Source: Actinomycetota bacterium (GTDB lineage: Bacteria > Actinomycetota > Acidimicrobiia > Spongiisociales > UBA4744). Taken from it: DNA of 52,946 nt. The DNA lies in assembly GCA_013152275.1 (NCBI GenBank), contig JAADGS010000099.1, forward strand, positions 1-52,946. The letters are read 5' to 3'. Numbering within the stretch: the stretch's first letter is position 1; every line of letters begins with the position of its first letter. Shown piece after piece: positions 1-7,620 of this stretch. The translations under genes and the position numbers were made by a program. The notes below the pieces were generated by a model. The model had not been told where the DNA came from, ran no database searches, and saw nothing but the letters and a program-made list of their open reading frames with translations.

Positions 1-91
1 CATGACTATGTACCTGGGGTATCCCAGGTCTGAAAAACCTGGGGTCGGCAGTTCGATTCTGCCCCTGGCCACCAGCAAAACCCCAGGTCAC
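1..91 (+). repeat. att-like direct repeat, copy 1; contains 3' part of tRNA-Phe(GAA) (about 25-74)
   Basis: Identical to 5992-6082. Anticodon arm CAGGT-CTGAAAA-ACCTG, T-arm GGCAG-TTCGATT-CTGCC, ends CCTGGCCACCA. No 5' acceptor strand or D-arm. Confidence 0.9.
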
Positions 92-130
92 AAACCTGGG
101 GTGCTCTCCCGAGCGCCGGCCCGGATGGGT

Positions 131-152
131 GATTGCTCACCGATTGCTCACC
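131..152 (+). repeat. Tandem 11-bp repeat GATTGCTCACC x2, putative integrase arm-type sites
   Basis: Perfect tandem pair about 60 bp inside the att repeat; function inferred. Confidence 0.55.
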
Positions 153-255
153 AGACAAAACCTGCCAGATGTGTGACCTCGGGTGATGGTTGACGACGGG
201 GACCGCGACAGCTTTTCGACTGCCGGGGACACCACCGGTCTAGGCCCAACCGTGG

Positions 256-305
256 TTGACATCTACATACCGGGTATGTATGGTCCGCTACATACCCGGT
301 ATGCA
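256..305 (+). promoter_or_regulatory. Sigma70-type promoter with two palindromic operators (likely PadR autoregulation)
   Basis: TTGACA (256-261), 17 nt, TATGGT (279-284); TACATAC-CGG-GTATGTA (264-280) and TACATAC-CCG-GTATGCA (289-305). Confidence 0.8.
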
Positions 306-316
306 TTGGGGAGACG

Positions 317-883
317 GTGGGAATCAAGGAAGGCTTGCTGGCGGTTCTGTCCCGGGGCGAGGCTCACGGTTACCAGATAAAGCTGGAGCTGGAGGCGGCC
401 ACCGGAGATTCCTGGCGGATCAACATTGGTCAGGTGTACACGACCCTGCAGAGACTCGTGCGTGATGGTCTGGTGGAACCGATCAACGGGGAGATCCATG
501 GTCGGATCCAATACACGATCACGACTTTGGGTCGTGAGGCGCTCGCCGAGTGGATGACAACGCCAGTGGAACTTGCCGCCGCCGGGCGGGACGAGATCAC
601 CCTCAAGATCCTCCTCGCCATCTCGTCAGGGACCGGCGATGCGCGTCGGGTCATCGAGATCCAGCGTGGGGCCGTCATGGGCTTGCTCCAGGACTACACC
701 GCGTTGAAGGCGGCGGACGATTCTGCTGATCTCGCTTGGCTGCTCTATCTCGATCGACTCATTCTCAGTGCCGAGGCCGAGTTGCGATGGTTGGAGCGCG
801 TGGAATCCCGTTTGGAGGAAGAGAAACCTTTGAGGAGGGCCGCAGTGGTCGATCTTCCTGAGATCGAGGACGTGGTGAGATGA
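317..883 (+). CDS. PadR family transcriptional regulator
   Basis: LLAVLSRGEAHGYQIK...GQVYTTLQRL...YTITTLGREAL PadR signature. Confidence 0.93.
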   Translation: MGIKEGLLAVLSRGEAHGYQIKLELEAATGDSWRINIGQVYTTLQRLVRDGLVEPINGEIHGRIQYTITTLGREALAEWMTTPVELAAAGRDEITLKILLAISSGTGDARRVIEIQRGAVMGLLQDYTALKAADDSADLAWLLYLDRLILSAEAELRWLERVESRLEEEKPLRRAAVVDLPEIEDVVR

Positions 884-1596
884 GCGAGCCGATCCTGTCG
901 ATGGTCAGGGTCGGGAAGACCCACGGGTCCGGGGCGCAGCGGGTAGACGCCCTGGTCAACATCGACCTCGATCTCAGCCCCGGCGAACTGGTGGCTATCA
1001 CTGGCCGGAGCGGGTCGGGCAAGACCACGCTGCTCAACATGGCGGGCGCCCTCGATGAGCCCACAACCGGGAAGATCGTGGTCGACGGAAAGAACCTGGC
1101 GACGATGACCGCCAAGGAACTGGCTCGCCTGCGGCGCGTGTCGGTGGGGTATGTGTTCCAGCAGTTCAACCTCCTTCCCTCGCTCACCGCCGCGGAAAAC
1201 ATCGCATTGCCCCTGGAACTCGACGGCGTGGCTATCGAAGTGGCGCGCAGGTTCGCCGAGGAATCGCTCATCGAGGTGGAGATGGGCGGGATGGAGGATC
1301 GGTTCCCCGATCAGCTCTCCGGGGGCGAGCAGCAGCGAGTAGCCATCGCCCGGGGTCTGGTCGGTCCCCGGTCGATCCTCCTCGCCGACGAGCCCACCGG
1401 CGCGCTCGACGAGGCCACCGGAGAGAGCATCCTCAGACTCTTGCGGCGGCGCTGCGATAACGGGGCGGCTGCCTTGCTGGTCACCCATGAACCGGTGTTC
1501 GCGGCCTGGGCCGACCGAGTCGTGCGTCTCCGGGACGGTCGCATCGAGGGTATCTCGGTCCGATCCGGCGTCCCCCTCACATCGGCCGACCTTTGA
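880..1596 (+). CDS. ABC transporter ATP-binding protein (LolD/MacB-like)
   Basis: GRSGSGKT, LSGGEQQRVAIAR, LLADEPTG, VTHE; ATGA overlap with padR. Confidence 0.95.
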   Translation: MSEPILSMVRVGKTHGSGAQRVDALVNIDLDLSPGELVAITGRSGSGKTTLLNMAGALDEPTTGKIVVDGKNLATMTAKELARLRRVSVGYVFQQFNLLPSLTAAENIALPLELDGVAIEVARRFAEESLIEVEMGGMEDRFPDQLSGGEQQRVAIARGLVGPRSILLADEPTGALDEATGESILRLLRRRCDNGAAALLVTHEPVFAAWADRVVRLRDGRIEGISVRSGVPLTSADL

Positions 1597-4307
1597 TGAG
1601 TGGTCGCAGGGCTGCCCTCCGGGTCGCTCGTCGCACCGCCTGGCGCAACCGGAAGCGGACCTTCTTTCTCACTGCCCTGATTGGGGTTCCCGTGGCCCTG
1701 GCCGTGATCGTGGCCGGGGTGATGCGCGCTTCGGAACTGACCCCCGAAGAGTCGGCACAGGCGACATTTGGTGACGCCGACTACCGGATCCAGATCCCGT
1801 ACTCCCCAGAAGCTGACGAATGGATATCGTCCAATCTGGCAGACATCGATCCGAATGCCGAGGTTGTCTCCTATCACCGGATGTATGGCCGGTTGGCGAA
1901 ACGGGCTTACGGAAGCGTGTTGGATGTGGACACGACAGCTCCCATGGGGAAGTCGTTTCTCATGCTGATCGCAGGAGCGGCACCTACAGGCGATGCACAG
2001 GTGGCGGTCACTCCAGATCTTGCCGAACTGCTTGACGCCAGAATAGGTGACACGATTCAGCTGGAACTCGGTGCCACCAAGCAGGAGGGCTACGAGCTGG
2101 TCGGCCTGGTGAGGCCGCCGATCGTCGAGCACTCACCGATGGTCCTGGTCAGCCTGGAGCGGTTCGATGCCTTGATCGGCGAGCCATCGTCCCCGTACGC
2201 ATACAACGTCATGAGCACCTGGCTGGTTGCCGGCGATGACCCAACGACATCCGCGGCAATGCTCCAGCAGAGATGGAACGAAGATGAGTATCGGTTCTGG
2301 CCGAGCACCGCGGTGGTTCCGAAGCCTCCGGCGTTGGATTTCATGCCAAACCAACTCTATGCCTTTCTTGACCAGGCACAGGTTCATGCGCTGTTGGGGA
2401 TGGAGACAGGTGCGAACCAGAATGATGTGATCCAGGCGGCATACAAGATGGTCGATGAGTCGAACGTGGCCTTCGCGGTACTGCCTGACCTCAACGTGGG
2501 GAGCAGGGCTGTCTTCATCGAGTCCGCGAATTCGGACCTTCTTTCGTCACCTCCAGTGATCAGCACCGGGATCGCCGCTCTCATCCTGGTCGAAGTCGCC
2601 TTCATCGCGGCCGCGGCATTCGCTGCCGGGACGCGGCGGCGGCTCCGGGAGATCGGTCTTCTCGGGGCCAACGGTGCCGACACTCGGCATATCCGGCTCA
2701 CAGTGATCGGCGAGGGGTTCACCGTCGGCCTTCTGGGAGCGATGACCGGAGTCGCCTTGGGCTACTTGCTCCTGCTCTTCGGATCACCCATCCTGCGACG
2801 GTTCGCGTCCACCTTTGCCGGCGGGGTCGATCTAAACCTGGCGGATGTACTCGGCCCTGCCCTGGTTGCCGTCGCTGCATCCGTAATCGCGGCATGGGTC
2901 CCCGCTCGGACGGCGTCGAAAATCCCCACGGCTATCGCGTTGCAGGGTCGAATGCCGGCGCGGTCACCCCGGCCGTGGGTGGCCCCGCTTGGTGTCGGTA
3001 TGGCCGGTTTCGGAGGACTCCTCCTAGTGGTGGCTCTCGCCGCCGGCAAGACGCTGGGCAATGTGGTCGCTGTCATCGGGTCCCTTCTGATGGTTACCGG
3101 TGTCGCTCTTCTGGCCGGCCCGGTCGTGGCCTGGGTGAGCTGCGTCGCCAACCGGGTCAGGTCGACGCCTCGGCTGGTACTGCGCGACTCGGGTCGGCAC
3201 CGCACCCGGGCGTCGGTTGCGGTCGCCGCCACAATGGTGATCCTGCTCGCGCCGGCGTTGTCGCTGACGATTCAGAAGACTCACCAGGCGCGCGATCTTC
3301 TCTATGGACTCCCAGACGCGGGCAACCAAGTTCTGCTCATTGGAAGATACGACGGCTTTGGCTACTTCGGATCGACTGACGAGCCGATAACCGACTCCGA
3401 CATCGCCGAGTTGGCTTCGATCGTCCCGGCGGACAAGACCGCAGTCTTCTCGATGGTCAATGTGAGCGTTCAGTTGAAGAGCGAGGTGGAGCAGCGGCAG
3501 TCTGAGGCCGGCTCGGACATCACTGTGCTGGTCGGCGGCGGTCAGTCTCAAGAATGGGGAGCCGCCATTGCCAATGATGATCTGGTCGACGCGCTCGGCA
3601 GGCCAGAGGTCGGCGAAGTCTTGGCAGCCGACGGCGCGGTCGTTCTTGGTGTTGAAGATCGGGATAGTTGGTTTCTCATGAACGGTGAGAGGTATCAAGC
3701 CCGCGAGCTCGCCGTTCCGCTCCTTCGATCCGGGGTGCCACGGGTTCTGCTATCGGAGTCGATGGTGGCCGGCCTGGGGGAGGTTGAGACCAAGCCGCTG
3801 GTTTTGTTCACTCTCACTCGTCCGCTGACGAGTGATGAGCAGAAGGAGCTGGCCTTCACCGGCCTAAACACTCGGGGCGGTTGGTCCGACCTGACCCGGA
3901 ATCAGGTCTTCCTGATCGTCATCGGCGCCACACTGATCGCGGTCCTGATCGTGATCGCTCTGGTGACCGCGGTCGCCGCGGCAGAGATCAAGGAGGAGAT
4001 GGAGGTGATCGTGGCAGTCGGGGCTCCCGGTTCGATCCGCCGGCGGTTCCTCGGGATCCAGAGCTGGCTCTATACGGCACTGGCCGCATTGCTGGCGGTG
4101 CCCCTGGCGGTTGGGACCGTGAAGATCTTCGGGCTGTCCCAAGACGGCTACTACTCGGGGCCGTTCGGTGTGATGCGGAGCTCAAAGGTGGTGATTCCCT
4201 GGTTGGGCGTCGGGTTCCTGGTCCTGGTTCTCCCGCTGATCGTTGGACTCCTCACAGCTCTGGTGACCCGGTCGTCGCCAGTCACGCCACCACGTCGGGC
4301 GACCTGA
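1593..4307 (+). CDS. FtsX-like ABC permease (two FtsX domains)
   Basis: Multiple TM segments, RRRLREIGLLGANGA motif, two large extracytoplasmic loops. Confidence 0.9.
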   Translation: MMSGRRAALRVARRTAWRNRKRTFFLTALIGVPVALAVIVAGVMRASELTPEESAQATFGDADYRIQIPYSPEADEWISSNLADIDPNAEVVSYHRMYGRLAKRAYGSVLDVDTTAPMGKSFLMLIAGAAPTGDAQVAVTPDLAELLDARIGDTIQLELGATKQEGYELVGLVRPPIVEHSPMVLVSLERFDALIGEPSSPYAYNVMSTWLVAGDDPTTSAAMLQQRWNEDEYRFWPSTAVVPKPPALDFMPNQLYAFLDQAQVHALLGMETGANQNDVIQAAYKMVDESNVAFAVLPDLNVGSRAVFIESANSDLLSSPPVISTGIAALILVEVAFIAAAAFAAGTRRRLREIGLLGANGADTRHIRLTVIGEGFTVGLLGAMTGVALGYLLLLFGSPILRRFASTFAGGVDLNLADVLGPALVAVAASVIAAWVPARTASKIPTAIALQGRMPARSPRPWVAPLGVGMAGFGGLLLVVALAAGKTLGNVVAVIGSLLMVTGVALLAGPVVAWVSCVANRVRSTPRLVLRDSGRHRTRASVAVAATMVILLAPALSLTIQKTHQARDLLYGLPDAGNQVLLIGRYDGFGYFGSTDEPITDSDIAELASIVPADKTAVFSMVNVSVQLKSEVEQRQSEAGSDITVLVGGGQSQEWGAAIANDDLVDALGRPEVGEVLAADGAVVLGVEDRDSWFLMNGERYQARELAVPLLRSGVPRVLLSESMVAGLGEVETKPLVLFTLTRPLTSDEQKELAFTGLNTRGGWSDLTRNQVFLIVIGATLIAVLIVIALVTAVAAAEIKEEMEVIVAVGAPGSIRRRFLGIQSWLYTALAALLAVPLAVGTVKIFGLSQDGYYSGPFGVMRSSKVVIPWLGVGFLVLVLPLIVGLLTALVTRSSPVTPPRRAT

Positions 4308-4718
4308 TTCACGTCAATGTCTCAATCGGATTCCCAGTCATGTTGAACGAACTCACTCCCAGGGCATTCATCCTTTTGGGCGGAAGGCAATCCCGGATCG
4401 TTCCGCAACGAGAGCGCCGCCGATCGATCCCGGCCGCCGACTGAATCCGAGCGCCCGGACTGAACCGACCCAACCGCCCTGCTGCGCGATGACCTTGGAC
4501 CGAAGGGTCCGTGCCAAGGAGTGTGGGATATGAGGACAGCCCGATTCGAAAGCAGCGCTTCCGGACCTCACTTGTCATCGCGCCGTCGGAAGGGTCGAGG
4601 TCCAAGACGGCCTCACCGCATCCTGCTGAACCATCTCGGTATTCGACCCTGACATCACACATGGGCGACGAAGAGCCATCGTCCTGCAGGATGACCTTCT
4701 CGCCGCCAAGCCGGACGA

Positions 4719-5180
4719 CTACACACCCTTTACCCAAAGCCGCCCACCGAGCTTCCGGCCGCCCTCTCCTGCTGCTGGAGTCGCCGTCGGTCTACCGGAT
4801 AGCCATGGGCCGTTTGACCACGATCCCCCATGGCAATCTACTCGAGACGCAACCTTGCCGCCGATGAGGATCGGGACGACGTGCTCCTCGTCGTCGTCCT
4901 CGAACACAGCCAGCAGTTCGAGACGGGCTCCCAGATATCTGAGGTAGTTGCGCAGAGTGGAGAGCTTCACGTCACCGGCCCGCTCGAGATGTGAGATGGC
5001 GGACTGGCTGATTCCCAGCTCGGCCGCCAACTCGGTCTGGGAACGGTCGAGGGCACGACGAAGCTCATAGAGGCCGATCTCAGGCGGTGTGTCTTCCCGT
5101 AGCGCATCGAGCCGCTCGGAAGCGCCCGGACGCGCCACCGCTTCTTCGTGAAGCCGGCGGTAGCTCTTGGTGGAAGGCAT
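4719..5180 (-). CDS. XRE-family HTH antitoxin (HigA-like); C-terminus after GGKVAS may be read-through
   Basis: LYELRRALDRSQTELAAELGISQSAISHLERAGDVKLSTLRNY; lies downstream of the toxin remnant. Confidence 0.85.
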   Translation of the reverse strand: MPSTKSYRRLHEEAVARPGASERLDALREDTPPEIGLYELRRALDRSQTELAAELGISQSAISHLERAGDVKLSTLRNYLRYLGARLELLAVFEDDDEEHVVPILIGGKVASRVDCHGGSWSNGPWLSGRPTATPAAGEGGRKLGGRLWVKGV

Positions 5181-5195
5181 CAGCAGTTCTCCTGT

Positions 5196-5581
5196 TCAGT
5201 CGGTCGGGTCCTCGTCAAGTAGCCCTTCATCTCGCAGCTCTCGGAGATGGGTGTCGTAGAGGTCTTCCGCGACCGGGATCGCCCACTTGTACCACTCCTC
5301 CCATCGCCCTGACCTGTCCCCGCCCAGAGAAAGGATGCGTGTCGCCGTGGGCTGAACACGAACAGCACCTGCAACGCCCCGCCCTCGGACACCCGCAGTT
5401 CCTTCATTCGGGGATGGCGAAATGGCGTGACTTCGCCTACCGCAGGGCGCTTCAGAATGGGGCCGTGCTCGGCGAACAACATCGCTCGTTCGTCGAGCGC
5501 CTCCTGCTGCTCCTCGGCGAGTCCTCGCCACCATTCCTCGAACTCCTCGATGCACTCGATTTCCCACACCGACACAGACAT
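5196..5581 (-). pseudogene. RelE/HigB (Gp49-like) toxin, frameshifted near 5338
   Basis: Frame 1 VWEIECIEEFEEWW...HPRMKELRV...FSPRRHA continues in another frame as ILSLGGDRSGRWEEWYKWAIPVAEDLY. Confidence 0.85.
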
Positions 5582-5719
5582 AAGTGCGCCTTTTGGAAGG
5601 TCTAGCCGATATCTGAGCCTGATCTCCACGGATCGGTATTGCGATTCCCCCTTCTCCGGTTGAGGCGCGTGGAGGTGGCAGAGCGGGAGCCCGGGGTTGT
5701 CAATGTCGCCGAAGGGTAC

Positions 5720-5955
5720 GGACCATTGCTCCGCGAGCCTTTCGAACGTCGTCAACGGTCGTCGCGGGTCGGTATGGGAACCGGTGATCAGATCGGCGGT
5801 GACGTTCTCGAGGAACCTTTCTGCCGCGGCCTTGGTCGAAAGCCGGCCTTCGTCTGCCACTGCCCAGCCGGGTCCTTCCAGACCGCTCGCCAGGAGATGT
5901 CGTTGCGGTCGGTGCTCTTCTTTGGATCCCTCTTGTACTTGTGCGTGTGAATCAC
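5720..5955 (-). pseudogene. Tyrosine integrase N-terminal remnant (frameshift near 5840, catalytic domain missing)
   Basis: WRAVWKDPAGQWQTKAGF / TKAAAERFLENVTADLITGSHTDPRRPLTTFERLAEQW aligns by eye with the N-terminus of the integrase at 49295-50425; adjacent to att. Confidence 0.75.
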
Positions 5956-5991
5956 GGTCCGATTGCACAAGCAAGCATCTTTGAGCACAGA

Positions 5992-6082
5992 CATGACTAT
6001 GTACCTGGGGTATCCCAGGTCTGAAAAACCTGGGGTCGGCAGTTCGATTCTGCCCCTGGCCACCAGCAAAACCCCAGGTCAC
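5992..6082 (+). repeat. att-like direct repeat, copy 2; 3' part of tRNA-Phe (CCA ends at 6065)
   Basis: Identical to 1-91. Confidence 0.9.
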
Positions 6083-6320
6083 CCGACCTGGGGGACAGGC
6101 TCGTGCCGACTTCACATAGGGTGAGAAGAGGCTTCTCCTCACACATTCCACTCGCCGACTCGACGTCGAGTAACCTCTGAGTAGGCTCGCCCCGTCAGTC
6201 CGTTCCTGGATGGGCTGTTTGTGACGGCGGCGACCTTCTCCCTGGCAGGTCGCCGCTGTCGCGTCCACCATCGACGTTTCCCCAGTGCCTCGATCCCCAA
6301 CCGTTACGCCGTTCCGCCGA

Positions 6321-6402
6321 CCCCTTCCGGCTTCGCCGTACTCCCCCCAACGCTTGCTTCGCTCGCTGGGGGAGAAACAAGTCGCTTCGCTCCTTGGGGG
6401 AG
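6321..6402 (+). repeat. REP-like CTCCCCC/GGGGGAG hairpin element, related to 27738-27820
   Basis: Shared blocks TTCCGGCTTCG..GTACTCCCCCC and GTCGCT.CGCTCC.TGGGG. Confidence 0.6.
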
Positions 6403-6551
6403 GTGTCCTCGGAGATCCGGCCGAGGACGGAGGGAGTCTTGACGAGCGTTGTGAAGGTGGTCCGCCAGGGCCGAAGGGGGTCCATGGCAGGCGGCCTCGG
6501 TGGCGGAAGGAATCCACGTACTTTCTTGGGCCGGTGTTGCTCGACGGCTTC

Positions 6552-7313
6552 CTAATTGCTGTGGATGACCGCCATCAACGGTGCCCAATGGGCCACCGCT
6601 TCCCCATAACGGTCCCCCGCCGTCTTGAAGTCGCCCATATCCAGAGCTTCCAAGGATGCATGCACATCACCGGCCGTCTCATCGAATACCAACTCGGTAT
6701 CGTTGAAGAACCCCGCGACGGACCCGTAGTCCAGCTCCACCATCGACACTGCAGGAAAGTCGTCGAGCCAGGTTCGAAACTCGTCGAGTTCCTCCGTGAC
6801 CACATCCTCGAACCCTGCCCCCCGCAACGTGTCGAGGGCGGAAGTCACCCGGTCGGTCGCCTGCACCAACGAAGTCCGATACCGAATCGACGTGCCATCG
6901 ATTCGCGATACCAGTTCACGTTCTGTCGAATCAAAGGCCACAAACCAGCGCAACGGCACGTGCCATGCCGACGTGAGGATGTGCGACCGGAGCGACGGCT
7001 GACGGTCGTAGAGACGGGAGAGCTCATCGGCCGCCCTGGCAGCCACCTGCTCCGGCACGATCGCGTCACCGCCGATGTCCGAGTACGCGTTGTGGAAAGC
7101 GAGCAGACCTTCCAACACACGGAGCCGAGGAAAACGCGGGCAGAGGAACCGGTTTCCCCGCCACTCCGCGAGCAGCGCATCGTCCTGCATCGGCTCTGCA
7201 AGGAGGCCGAAGGTTCCTGCAGCCATGTGAGGCATCGGCGGATGGTCGACAACGACCTGCCCGGGCAACGTTTGCTCGGGAAGGTACACACGCAGGAAAG
7301 CTGTCCGAATCAC
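6552..7313 (-). CDS. Conserved actinobacterial hypothetical protein
   Basis: Protein-like ORF (AFLRVY..., ILTSAWHVPLRWF, MVELDYGSVA); GTG start chosen from TAGCAT -10 box 7 nt upstream. Confidence 0.8.
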   Translation of the reverse strand: MIRTAFLRVYLPEQTLPGQVVVDHPPMPHMAAGTFGLLAEPMQDDALLAEWRGNRFLCPRFPRLRVLEGLLAFHNAYSDIGGDAIVPEQVAARAADELSRLYDRQPSLRSHILTSAWHVPLRWFVAFDSTERELVSRIDGTSIRYRTSLVQATDRVTSALDTLRGAGFEDVVTEELDEFRTWLDDFPAVSMVELDYGSVAGFFNDTELVFDETAGDVHASLEALDMGDFKTAGDRYGEAVAHWAPLMAVIHSN

Positions 7314-7432
7314 AGGCGGCATGCTACTCAGCCACGATCATTGACAGACACAAGATCGGGCATTCTCCGGGAGAATCATGCTCTCGGCCCACTACACTGA
7401 TAGCACCGGACAATGGGAAGGAGCAGTCGCGA

Positions 7433-7609
7433 ATGCGAGTAGCGGTCTACGGCATAACCCCTCTCGGCGTCGAGGTCGCCCTACGACTTCGTATTGTTCG
7501 CACAACCCGTTCCACAGCATCAGGTCCCGCCGCAGGCGGGACCAAGTCTTTTCTTGGACATCAGCACACGCCCGTCCCCGCCGGATGTTGCGGGATCGAC
7601 GGCGACTGA
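7433..7609 (+). CDS. Putative 58-aa upstream ORF / leader peptide
   Basis: TACACT (7393-7398), GAAGGAG RBS, then MRVAVYGITPLGVEVALRLRIV...; stops 11 nt before the E1 start. Confidence 0.35.
   Translation: MRVAVYGITPLGVEVALRLRIVRTTRSTASGPAAGGTKSFLGHQHTPVPAGCCGIDGD
7523..7555 (+). terminator. Terminator-like hairpin in the E1 leader
   Basis: GGTCCCGCC-GCA-GGCGGGACC followed by AAGTCTTTTCTT. Confidence 0.5.
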
Positions 7610-7620
7610 AGGGAGAAACG

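Larger units (their letters stand above)
75..6015. mobile_element. Degenerate integrative islet at tRNA-Phe
   Basis: Flanked by 91-bp tRNA-fragment repeats; contains an integrase stub, TA remnant and PadR/ABC cargo. Confidence 0.8.

Noticed and set aside
1..74. Complete tRNA-Phe gene (also 5990-6065)
   Set aside because: No 5' GGCCAGG acceptor strand or D-arm in either copy; these are att fragments.
4309..4737. 142-aa minus-strand ORF inside the islet
   Set aside because: Possibly a gene remnant, but it has no recognisable family or start signals.
5180..6517. 445-aa ORF as a single gene
   Set aside because: Chance read-through joining non-coding DNA, the att site, the integrase stub and the toxin N-terminus.
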